This document shows, in pieces, positions 38,393-46,918 of a stretch of DNA of 64,000 nucleotides. Location: positions 1 through 64,000 of the forward strand of contig JBBRNJ010000028.1 of assembly GCA_038230375.1 (NCBI GenBank). The letters run 5' to 3'. A program made the position numbers and the translations under genes. The stretch is from Polyangiales bacterium. Lineage in GTDB: Bacteria > Myxococcota_A > Polyangia > Polyangiales > Polyangiaceae. A model generated the notes under the pieces. That model saw only the letters and a list, made by a program, of their open reading frames with translations. It made no database searches and was not told the origin of the DNA. Positions within the stretch are counted from its first letter, which is position 1. Every line of letters begins with the position of its first letter.

Positions 38393-39946
38393 TCAGTCCG
38401 CAACCCACCGATAGACGAGGCCCCAGTCGTTCGCGGCCGCCCACCCCTCGAGCCGGGTCAGCATCTCCTCGCGGCTGGCAGGGGCGCCGATGAGCTCGAA
38501 CGTCAGCTCCCCCCAGCCCCGCCGGTTGTAGGCTCCGTGCACGAGCGCGGCGTGTGTGCCGCCCTGTTCGGATTGGACGCGCATCATGAAGCCGAGCTTT
38601 TCGGCGGTCGCGTCGCCGTAGATCTCGTCCTGGAAGACCCAGGGACCGGCTCGAAATCTGCGCGCGCGGGTGTAGGAGTGGTCGCGCACCTCCTCTGGCA
38701 CGGTGGGTGGCGCGACTCCCGCGAGGACCGCTCCGAGCTGCTCCACGCTTGGCGGCGTCGTGTCGCGCGCCGACGGCGCACTGCGCGTGGCCGTGACATA
38801 GGCGATGCCGAGCACGCGCGGCAAGGGACCGATGGGATCGACCGTGGGTCCCCGGCTGTCGCTCATTTCGCCGTTGGTCGCGACCGCGAACCAGCCGCCA
38901 CCGCTCGCGTCGAGCGGCTCGAGAGACCAACGATGAATGTGAAGGACGGGCGCGGGCCGTCCGAGCTCGAGGGTGGCCGCGCGCGCGCACCACGCTTCGG
39001 GCGCGAGGATGCCCCGTGACACCGTCGCGTGAGCACGGATGAGCGCGCTGAAGGCGCTCTCCAGCGCGCGCGTGATCGCTGCCTTCTGCGTCGCGTCGCC
39101 CGTGAGCGTGTACGTGCCGAAGTCGCCGTACGATGCGTGAAACCGGAGGCTGCAGCCTCCGGGCAAGCCCGTGATGTACGCGCTCCAGTAGCGGTCGGGG
39201 CTGTCGAATGGCCCGGTCTGATACTCGACGCTCTCGACGATCGCGAAGGTGACGCCCGCGTGTGTCCAGATGGTCTCGTCGCCCCGGACGGTCGACGGGA
39301 CGCCGTCGGGCCACGCGAGGCCTGTCGCGCGCACGAGCTCCTTCGCGACGACTTCGAGCATCTTTGCTCTGACCGGCGTTGGCAGAGGACCAGCATCGAG
39401 CGAGAGAGGACCAGCCGGTGGCACGACATCAGGCGACGCTCGAACGACGGCGATCCGTGCGGGCGCGGGCGCGGGCGCGGGCGCGACGGCCGCGGCGGAT
39501 TCGATCTGCGAAGCGGCGCGACGGGCTTGGTCCTCCGCCTGCAGCGCCTCGACACGATCTTCTTCGAGCTCCGGAAGCGGCCCGGCCATCCGGACGCGCT
39601 TGCTTGTCTTCTCCAGCGCCGCAATCGCCGCGTCAGCCATCAGAATGAGCTCACCGCGTTCGTCGTCGAGATCGGTGACGTCGTCGATCGGGGCGTTCCA
39701 CTTCGCGGCGAAGGAACGGGTCTCCGCGCGCTGTCGCTGGGCGAATGCGCGCGCTACGCGGAGACACTCGATGGTCGCCTCGAAGTCGAGCCGCACGCCG
39801 ATGCGCACCGCGTGCTCCTCGATGACCTTCCCGATGGCAGCGGTCGGCGGCCACGCAATGCCCAACGCGCGAAGCTGCCTGGGAGACGCGAGCGTAGAGG
39901 GGGACACCCCTACAGGGTACGCATTCATAGGCGCCTGTGAACGCAT
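38393..39946 (-). CDS. Hypothetical protein between nuoD and nuoG (start uncertain)
   Basis: Long ORF with GC3-biased codons and an APAPAP linker; no Fe-S or FMN motifs. Confidence 0.6.
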   Translation of the reverse strand: MRSQAPMNAYPVGVSPSTLASPRQLRALGIAWPPTAAIGKVIEEHAVRIGVRLDFEATIECLRVARAFAQRQRAETRSFAAKWNAPIDDVTDLDDERGELILMADAAIAALEKTSKRVRMAGPLPELEEDRVEALQAEDQARRAASQIESAAAVAPAPAPAPARIAVVRASPDVVPPAGPLSLDAGPLPTPVRAKMLEVVAKELVRATGLAWPDGVPSTVRGDETIWTHAGVTFAIVESVEYQTGPFDSPDRYWSAYITGLPGGCSLRFHASYGDFGTYTLTGDATQKAAITRALESAFSALIRAHATVSRGILAPEAWCARAATLELGRPAPVLHIHRWSLEPLDASGGGWFAVATNGEMSDSRGPTVDPIGPLPRVLGIAYVTATRSAPSARDTTPPSVEQLGAVLAGVAPPTVPEEVRDHSYTRARRFRAGPWVFQDEIYGDATAEKLGFMMRVQSEQGGTHAALVHGAYNRRGWGELTFELIGAPASREEMLTRLEGWAAANDWGLVYRWVAD

Positions 39947-39962
39947 TCATAGGCGCCTGTGA
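39919..39962. repeat. Perfect 22-bp tandem duplication
   Basis: ACGCATTCATAGGCGCCTGTGA twice (39919-39940, 39941-39962). Confidence 0.9.
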
Positions 39963-40161
39963 TTGGTAGGAAATGAGCCGTCCACCCGCGCGACGAGGCT
40001 CGTCCACACCTACCGCGGTAGCATTTGGGTCGGTGAGGCCGAGATCGGCGGCGAGGCCAAGGCGCGACCGAGCACGGAGCGGAACGCACCTCTGTGCGTG
40101 AGCACCGCGCGGAAGGAGCAACGCCGGCATCGTCGTCGAGGTCGGCCTCAACGACCCGATG

Positions 40162-41376
40162 CTAGTGATCGCATTCTCCGCCGATCATGTTCATGGACCC
40201 GAAGGTCGGAACGATGTCGGAGAGCATGGAGCCGTCGAGGAGCTTGGAGAGACCACCGACGATCGGGAAGCAGGGTGGTCGGATGCGGCATCGGTAGGGG
40301 GTGCCGCTGCCGTCGGACACCAGGTAGAAGCCGAGCTCGCCGTTGCCGCCCTCGGTGTACGAGTAGCACTCGCCCGCGGGGACCTTGGCGCCCTCCATGA
40401 TCAGCTTGAAGTGCTGGATGGTGGCCTCGATGGTCGTGTAGACGTCCTCCTTGGGCGGCAGGGCGACGCGGGGATCGTTGATGCTGACCGGGCCGTCGTC
40501 CGCCATGCGCTCGCAGACCTGTTCGATGATGCGCATGCTCTGACGGATCTCGTGCATGCGAACCAGGAAGCGATCCAGGTTGTCGCCCTTGGTGCCCACG
40601 GGAACGTCGAAGTCGACCTCGTCGTACTTCAGGTACGGGTGCAGCTTCCGGATGTCGTACGCCTGACCCGACGCGCGGAGGCACGGGCCCGTCCACGAGA
40701 GCGCGATGGCGTAGGCCGCGCTGATCACGCCGACGTTCTCGAGGCGGTCGATGAAGATGCGGTTCTTCAGCAGCATCTTCTCGCCCTCTTCCATGAGGGA
40801 GAGCACCTTCGCGAGCGACGCCTTCGTCAGCTCCTTGAAGTCCTTCGTGGGGGGCGACGCCATTCCGCCGATGCGCCCGAACGAGTGCGTGAGGCGCGCG
40901 CCTGTCTCCTCCTCGAGGACGTCCCAGATCATCTCGCGCGCCTTCACGAACCAGAGGAACGGCGTGAACGCGCCGAGCTCCATGGCCATGGCGCCGGTGC
41001 ACGTGAGGTGATCCGAGATGCGCGCGAGCTCGCCCAGCGCCATGCGGTACCACTGGCAGCGCTCCGGCACCTCGATGTCGCAGAGCTTCTCCACCGCGAG
41101 CGCGTAGCCCACGTTGTTCAGCATGGGCGAGACGTAGTTCAGGCGGTCCGCGTACGGGAAGACCTGCGCCCACGTGCCACGCTCGCACATCTTCTCGAAG
41201 CCGCGGTGCAGATAGCCGATCTGCACGTCGCTCTTCAGGATGGTCTCACCGGAGAGCTCCAGGACGATGCGCACGGTGCCGTGCGTCGCGGTGTGCGACG
41301 GGCCCATGTTGAGGTGCATGGGATCTGCGGTTAGATAGAGTTCGCCGTCCTCGAGATCCAGATCGATAGGTTCCAT
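40162..41376 (-). CDS. nuoD: NADH-quinone oxidoreductase subunit D
   Basis: LNMGPSHTATHG, IGYLHRGFEK, DRLNY, ELARI, GELGFY, RCRIRPP. Confidence 0.95.
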   Translation of the reverse strand: MEPIDLDLEDGELYLTADPMHLNMGPSHTATHGTVRIVLELSGETILKSDVQIGYLHRGFEKMCERGTWAQVFPYADRLNYVSPMLNNVGYALAVEKLCDIEVPERCQWYRMALGELARISDHLTCTGAMAMELGAFTPFLWFVKAREMIWDVLEEETGARLTHSFGRIGGMASPPTKDFKELTKASLAKVLSLMEEGEKMLLKNRIFIDRLENVGVISAAYAIALSWTGPCLRASGQAYDIRKLHPYLKYDEVDFDVPVGTKGDNLDRFLVRMHEIRQSMRIIEQVCERMADDGPVSINDPRVALPPKEDVYTTIEATIQHFKLIMEGAKVPAGECYSYTEGGNGELGFYLVSDGSGTPYRCRIRPPCFPIVGGLSKLLDGSMLSDIVPTFGSMNMIGGECDH

Positions 41377-41379
41377 CGC

Positions 41380-41976
41380 TCAGGCCTCCCCACCATTGGT
41401 GAAGTGTTTGCGACCAAAGCTCATGCCTTCGTCGGGGCCGAACGGCGCCTGCTTCTCGAGCGGCTTACCGTCCTCGTCCGTCTCACGATACGGGATGAGG
41501 GGCTGGGTCTTTTCTGCCGGGTAGTCCTTGAGGAGCGGGTGGCCCTCGAACTCGGGATACATGAGGATGCGACGGAGGTCGGGGTGGCCCTTGAACGTGA
41601 CGCCGTACATGTCGAACGTCTCGCGCTCGAACCAGTTCGCGCCTGCCCAGACCGGGACCACCGTGTCGACGGCGCAGTTGACGAGCTCTTCGTCGACCGT
41701 CTCGCCGACGCGCGTCTTCAGACGCACGCGGTGACGCTTCTGCGTGGAATACAGGTGGATGACGACCTCGATGCGGGGCGCGCGCTCGGGAAAATCCACG
41801 CCGCAGAGGTCTGTCAGCATGTCGAACGACAGGCCCGGATCCTTGCGGCAGAACTCACACACCTCGCGCCAGCGCTCGCTCGCGATGACCGCGGTGTCGT
41901 CGCCGTGCTGCGAGTGCGTTTCGAGGATCGCGTCGCCGAACTTGGCGCGGAGCTTTTCGAGTGCAGCCTTGCTCAC
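41380..41976 (-). CDS. nuoC: NADH-quinone oxidoreductase subunit C
   Basis: DLCGVD, ANWFERETFDMYG..F.GHPDLRRILM, GHPLLKDYP. Confidence 0.93.
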   Translation of the reverse strand: MSKAALEKLRAKFGDAILETHSQHGDDTAVIASERWREVCEFCRKDPGLSFDMLTDLCGVDFPERAPRIEVVIHLYSTQKRHRVRLKTRVGETVDEELVNCAVDTVVPVWAGANWFERETFDMYGVTFKGHPDLRRILMYPEFEGHPLLKDYPAEKTQPLIPYRETDEDGKPLEKQAPFGPDEGMSFGRKHFTNGGEA

Positions 41977-42560
41977 GTCGACTCCTTGTCGCTGGACCTT
42001 CCGCCCTTGTCGCCCTTCTTGCGGAGCTGGACGAGATCCTTCAGGGGATCTTCGCGCGGCTTCACGACGCCGGGGCGGCGATCGCCGCTCGCGATCTTGT
42101 CTTGCAGGAGCAGGAGGCCGTCGATCACGGCCTCGGGGCGCGGCGGGCACCCCGGGATGTAGACGTCGCACGGGATGATCTTGTCGATGCCCGCGACCGT
42201 CGTGTAGTTGTCGTAGAAGCCGCCCGAGCTTGCGCAGGTACCGAACGCAAGGACCCACTTCGGGGCCATCATCTGCTCGTACACGCGACGAAGAACGGGA
42301 GCCTGACGCTGGCTGATGGTGCCGACGACCCAGAGAAGGTCTGCCTGGCGCGGTGAGAAGCGCGGGGCCTCTGCGCCGAAGCGCGCAAGGTCGAAGCGGG
42401 GGCTGGCGAGCGCCATGTACTCCATGCCGCAGCACGCCGTGACGAACGGATATGCGAAGAGCGAGTACTTGCGTGCCCAGCCGAGGAGCGCGTCCACCTT
42501 GGTGGTGGCGAAGCCGGCCTCGGAGCCCTCGAGCGTGACGGTGCGATTCAGTTCTCCCAT
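41973..42560 (-). CDS. nuoB: NADH-quinone oxidoreductase subunit B
   Basis: TACCGME, SPRQADL, GTCASSGG, DVYIPGCPPRPE. Confidence 0.95.
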   Translation of the reverse strand: MGELNRTVTLEGSEAGFATTKVDALLGWARKYSLFAYPFVTACCGMEYMALASPRFDLARFGAEAPRFSPRQADLLWVVGTISQRQAPVLRRVYEQMMAPKWVLAFGTCASSGGFYDNYTTVAGIDKIIPCDVYIPGCPPRPEAVIDGLLLLQDKIASGDRRPGVVKPREDPLKDLVQLRKKGDKGGRSSDKEST

Positions 42561-42910
42561 TCGAGAGCTCCCTTCTTCACGCAGTAGACGAGGGCGACGA
42601 TGACGACGGCCAGGAAGCCGAACATCGAGAACAGGCCGTTCCAGCCCAGGTTCTTGAACTGGATCGCCCACGGGTAGATGAACACCGCTTCGATGTCGAA
42701 GACCACGAACAGGATCGCCGTGAGGTAGAACTTCACGGAGAGCTTCAGGTGGTTGCCGCCGGAGCTGTCCGAGCCGCACTCGAACGGCATCATCATCTCT
42801 TCGGTCTGCTTCAGCTTGCCGCCCAGGAAGGTGGCACCGAGGAAGAAGACCCCCGCAAGCGCGAGGGCGACGAAGATCATCAGGAACATCGGGCCGTAAG
42901 TGGAGATCAT
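42548..42910 (-). CDS. nuoA: NADH-quinone oxidoreductase subunit A
   Basis: PFECG, FYLTAILFVVFDIE, KGALEW. Confidence 0.95.
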   Translation of the reverse strand: MISTYGPMFLMIFVALALAGVFFLGATFLGGKLKQTEEMMMPFECGSDSSGGNHLKLSVKFYLTAILFVVFDIEAVFIYPWAIQFKNLGWNGLFSMFGFLAVVIVALVYCVKKGALEWEN

Positions 42911-42911
42911 T

Positions 42912-42956
42912 CCGCCTCCTCTTCTAGTGGCAGCCGCCTTCCACTGTCAATGACAG
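42912..42956 (-). promoter_or_regulatory. nuoA promoter/RBS region
   Basis: Minus strand TTGACA, 18 bp, TAGAAG, then AGGAGG; palindrome CTGTCA-A-TGACAG (42944-42956) over the -35. Confidence 0.6.
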
Positions 42957-42961
42957 GTCCC

Positions 42962-44083
42962 TCAGGCGGAGGCGATGAGGCGGGCTTTCCAGGCGGTGAG
43001 GTGGGGGCCGAGCTTCTCCTCGATCTTGCGGAGATCCTGCGCGACGTCCTTTTCGGCCACGCCGGCGGCCATGGCGTCCTTCAGACAGGCGAACGCCGCG
43101 ACGTAGCGATCGCGCTTGAGGTAGGCCTTTGCAAGGGGGACCATCACCTCGTCGGGGCGGCCGCCGAACGCGAGCGAGCGGCGGAGGGGGCCGATGGCCT
43201 CTCCCGCGCGGTCGCTGGTGAGGAGCGCTTCGCCGAGGCGACGGAACAGGTCTGCCGCGGCCACGCCTTCCTGCGCGTACTGGATGCCGATGCGGAAGAC
43301 CTCTTCGGCCTGCTCGACCTCGCCCAGCTCCACGCACGCGGTGCCGAGGAGCCCGAGGCCCTTGGCGATGAGCGCGCGCGCATCCGGCGCGAGCATCTGC
43401 CCTTCCGGCGTGCGGAGGAAGATGGCGAGCGGCGCGGGCCACGCGCCCAGGAGCTGGATGACCTTCGTCCAGTCCTTCTTGATGGACGCGGTCTCGGCCT
43501 CTGCGACCTTCGACAGATCGATGGCGGAGCGCGCGCCAGATTGTGCGCGATCGAGCTCCTCACGCACGTGCGCCCGGACGCGCATGCGGAACGTGTCGAT
43601 GTCGTACGTCTCCTCGATGCCGTCGCGAAGGACAACGAGCTTTCCCTCGGCCTTTGCGCCGGAGCCTTCGATGACGAGGCTCCGCAGCGAATACGAGAAG
43701 AGCGGCGCGAGCAGCAGGTAGCGCACGCCGATGTAGAGCTGGATGGCCTCGACGTCGGTCTCGCGTTCGGGGACCGGCTCCGTGCGATCTTCCTCGACCA
43801 GGAGCGCGCCGGTCAAACGGCGGCGAAAATCAGCGAGGGAGAGCCGCTGCGGCTCGAGATCCGCGTCCGCATCCCCTGCCCCGACGACGAAATCGACGAT
43901 GGTCTGATCAGGGCTCCGGCGATCCACGGTGAGCGCCGTGATGCGCGCGCCGACGATGATCGAGAACGCAAAGAATCGCTCACCGACGATCTCACAGAGG
44001 GCCTGGAAGCTCCCGATGCCTTCGCCGATGCGCTCGAACCACCCATCGGTGCGGAGCGCGTCGAGGGAGAACTTCTTGGGCAT
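42962..44083 (-). CDS. Hypothetical protein with C-terminal TPR repeats
   Basis: LGTACVELGEVEQAEEVF and LGEALL...EAIGPLRRSL TPR-like helices. Confidence 0.7.
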   Translation of the reverse strand: MPKKFSLDALRTDGWFERIGEGIGSFQALCEIVGERFFAFSIIVGARITALTVDRRSPDQTIVDFVVGAGDADADLEPQRLSLADFRRRLTGALLVEEDRTEPVPERETDVEAIQLYIGVRYLLLAPLFSYSLRSLVIEGSGAKAEGKLVVLRDGIEETYDIDTFRMRVRAHVREELDRAQSGARSAIDLSKVAEAETASIKKDWTKVIQLLGAWPAPLAIFLRTPEGQMLAPDARALIAKGLGLLGTACVELGEVEQAEEVFRIGIQYAQEGVAAADLFRRLGEALLTSDRAGEAIGPLRRSLAFGGRPDEVMVPLAKAYLKRDRYVAAFACLKDAMAAGVAEKDVAQDLRKIEEKLGPHLTAWKARLIASA

Positions 44084-44144
44084 CCTCAAAACTTCTCACA
44101 TTTCGCCAGCCTTCGTCGACAAGATTCAGGCGCGGCGGGGTCCT

Positions 44145-45005
44145 CTACCCCACCCAATGCCGACAGGCCGACTGGATTCCGCAGCCGTCGCAGCGGACCG
44201 GATCCTTCTTCGACGGGCATCGTCTCGAGATGCCGAGATGGCAGAGCGGGAAATCGAAGCGGACCGGGTCGATCGGGTCGAACGTGCGGAGCGCGGCCGT
44301 GATCTCCTCGGAGGTCCTCCAGTCGGCGGTCTTGCGATCCGTGAGGCCCAGGTTGTAGCCGAGCCGGTGCACGTGAACGTCCACCGGGATCTGCAAGGCG
44401 CTCGTGGGAAGGTTCCACTGCCCGAAGTCCACGCCTGGGTCCTTCCGGACCATCCAGCGGAAGAGCAACAGGAGACGCTTCACGCCACTGCCGGCGCGTG
44501 GGTTGGGAAGGAGATGCGAAGGTCCGCGTCGCGCGCCCTTCTCGCTCGTGTTCTTCGGGAATTTCCCTGCCGCGCGAATACGATCGTGGAACAGGCCGAG
44601 CGTCTCGCGGAGATCGTTCGTGGCCGCGAAGTCCTTCTCGACCATCGCGCCAATCGATCCGAACTCCTGCTGCACGACGCTGGCACCGTAGAGAAGGCGC
44701 GCCACGTCCTCGCCGCGGAACAGCCGGTGGATGAAGCCCTGCATCGCCTTGTGGAGCTTCGCCTCGTCGCGAACAGCACGCGCGGGGCTGGGGCCGATGC
44801 GCGCGAGCGCGTCCTTGATCTTCGCGCGGATGGTCGTGACGTTGCCGAACGCGAGCGAGGACGCGAGCACCGCCACGATCTCGCGATCCAGCGGATCGGT
44901 GAACGCATGTACGAGAGACACCGGATCGTTCGCGATACGATCCTTTGGTGCGTGCGACTTCTCCACGCGCAGCAGCGCCGCGAGCACCTTCTTTTTCCGT
45001 CTCAA
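44145..45005 (-). CDS. TIGR02757/DUF2400 family protein
   Basis: DPVS..H, SLAFGNV, RWMVRKD..VDFG.W, IPVDVH, DPVRFDF. Confidence 0.88.
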   Translation of the reverse strand: MRRKKKVLAALLRVEKSHAPKDRIANDPVSLVHAFTDPLDREIVAVLASSLAFGNVTTIRAKIKDALARIGPSPARAVRDEAKLHKAMQGFIHRLFRGEDVARLLYGASVVQQEFGSIGAMVEKDFAATNDLRETLGLFHDRIRAAGKFPKNTSEKGARRGPSHLLPNPRAGSGVKRLLLLFRWMVRKDPGVDFGQWNLPTSALQIPVDVHVHRLGYNLGLTDRKTADWRTSEEITAALRTFDPIDPVRFDFPLCHLGISRRCPSKKDPVRCDGCGIQSACRHWVG

Positions 45006-46021
45006 GGATCGTCGTCCGGCTCGGGCGCGAGGCCTTTTCCGAGCTCCTTTTGTCGCTTCTTCGCGAAGTCGAGGTGCTCCTTCGCGCGCCTGAGCCAGCG
45101 ATCGTCACTCGTGGCCGCTCTCAGGTATTCGGTGAACCGGCGCTCGGCGCGCTCGGCATGCTGGAGCTTCGCGCGCGTGGTGTCGGAGTCCACCGTGAGC
45201 GCGAGCTCCCCGAGACCCAGGTAGTAGTCGCGCTCGTACGCCGGCACGAAGAAGACGACCCGACGGTCCGAGATGATCCCGAGCAGCCGATCGTGCGAGA
45301 CCGCGCGTCGCGCCTCCAGCATGGCGCCCGAGGCGTCACCGTTGCGATCCTTCGCGACGGCCATGCCCCAGATCGCCAGGACGTAGGTGGTCACGCCACC
45401 GCCCGTGCGCACGCCCTGGGCGACCCGCAGCGCCTCCTCGTAGCCGGTGATGGCGTCCTTCAAGTTCCCGCGGCGCATCTCCGCTTCGGCCATGTTGAGA
45501 ACCGCGCTCGCCCGCTGCTCCTCGTCGACCTCGGTCTGGAGGTACTGCTCGTACGCGGCGAGCTCCGACACGGGACGGTCCATCCGTGCGAACGCGTACG
45601 CCAGCGCATTCCACGCGCGCTCTGCCGCCACGTGGCCTGGCGCCATGGTGAGCGCCGACGTGAGTACGCTCACCGCCGCGGTGTTCTGCTCCAGCTTCTC
45701 GTACACCACGCCCAGATCGATCCGCAGCAGCGGATCCGGGCTGTCAGCGGCATGTGCGGCCTCGAGCATCTGCTTCGCGCGCTGGATGCCCCAGTCGTCG
45801 CCCACGTCGACCTCCTTGCCAAGGCTCGCTGCCTCTTGCGCGATCATCGCGTGCACGTGGGTCGCGTAGCGCGGTTGGGCATTCTCGTCCTTCGCGCGAT
45901 CCCACACCGTGGGGGGAGTCTCTGCGCGCACCACACGCGGACACGCGCACGCGAATGCAGAGGACACGCCTGCAAGTAGCGCAAGGCGTGCGAGGCGAGA
46001 TCGTGGCCTTGTCGCGCTCAT
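45002..46021 (-). CDS. Secreted TPR protein
   Basis: Signal peptide; TPR helices; VFFVPAYERDYYLGL. Confidence 0.7.
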   Translation of the reverse strand: MSATRPRSRLARLALLAGVSSAFACACPRVVRAETPPTVWDRAKDENAQPRYATHVHAMIAQEAASLGKEVDVGDDWGIQRAKQMLEAAHAADSPDPLLRIDLGVVYEKLEQNTAAVSVLTSALTMAPGHVAAERAWNALAYAFARMDRPVSELAAYEQYLQTEVDEEQRASAVLNMAEAEMRRGNLKDAITGYEEALRVAQGVRTGGGVTTYVLAIWGMAVAKDRNGDASGAMLEARRAVSHDRLLGIISDRRVVFFVPAYERDYYLGLGELALTVDSDTTRAKLQHAERAERRFTEYLRAATSDDRWLRRAKEHLDFAKKRQKELGKGLAPEPDDDP

Positions 46022-46914
46022 CGCGGGCGCCCGGTCTGCGGCGCTCGCTTGGGGGCCGCGTGGTCCTGCGCGTGCGCGAGCCACGGGCTCTTCGGTGCGG
46101 CCTTGAGGTAGCGCGCCCAGGCCTCGCGCGCCTCCTGTGGCTTGTCCTTCGTGAGCGTCTCGGCGACGGCCGCGATGACCTCGGGCTCGGCCGACACGAT
46201 CTCGAAGATCTCGTGGATGCGCGCCTCCTCGAAGAGCGACCGTACGTCGCCACGGTCCCCCAGCACGGCCTGCGCCTGCGCGACGTCACCGCTTCGATCG
46301 AGCGCGAGCGCAAGCAGCACCAGCGACACCGCGCGCGTCGAGTCCTGCGCCTCCGCGCGCGCCTGCCGGAAGATCGCCACTGTCTCGTCGATGTTCGCGG
46401 GCCCCTTCTGCATGAGCAGTAGCCCGGCCTCGATGTATGCGGCGGCGCGGTCGCGGCTATCGAGGAATGAGGCGCGCGGGAGCAGCGTGCGATACGCAGC
46501 CTCCGCCTCCGGCATGCGCTTGGTGCGCGCGAGCGTGCGGGAGAACGACAGCAGAACGGCGGGCTCGTCCACGGACCGCGGATCCAGCTTCTGTGCGGCC
46601 GTGAACGCCTGGAATGCCTCCTCCGGCTTTCCGAGCCGCTCGAGCGCGCGCGCATGGAGGATGCGCGCAGCGGGGCGATCGGGCGCGAGCTTCTCGGCCT
46701 CTTCCGCCTCTGCGAGGGCGGCGCGCGCGTTCTCGCGACCCGAGGTGAGCTTGCTTGTGGCGGAGGCGATGAGGTCGCAGTACGCACGCATCGAAGGCGC
46801 CTTCGCGCGCTCCCACGCGTTCGCGTGCACCACCGCGCACTCCTTGGGGCGCGCCCCGGAGAACGAGGCGGTGTCCGCCATGTGGAGCACGAAGACGATC
46901 GACGCGAGCAGCAC
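46018..46914 (-). CDS. TPR repeat protein
   Basis: ARALERLGKPEEAFQAF and WARYLKAAPKSPW TPR patterns. Confidence 0.7.
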   Translation of the reverse strand: MLLASIVFVLHMADTASFSGARPKECAVVHANAWERAKAPSMRAYCDLIASATSKLTSGRENARAALAEAEEAEKLAPDRPAARILHARALERLGKPEEAFQAFTAAQKLDPRSVDEPAVLLSFSRTLARTKRMPEAEAAYRTLLPRASFLDSRDRAAAYIEAGLLLMQKGPANIDETVAIFRQARAEAQDSTRAVSLVLLALALDRSGDVAQAQAVLGDRGDVRSLFEEARIHEIFEIVSAEPEVIAAVAETLTKDKPQEAREAWARYLKAAPKSPWLAHAQDHAAPKRAPQTGRPR

Positions 46915-46918
46915 CCCT

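Noticed and set aside
38393..39946. Divergent NuoF/NuoE replacement
   Set aside because: No FMN/NADH-binding Gly-rich motifs or Fe-S cysteine patterns.
39919..39962. CRISPR array
   Set aside because: Only two abutting copies, no spacers, no cas genes.
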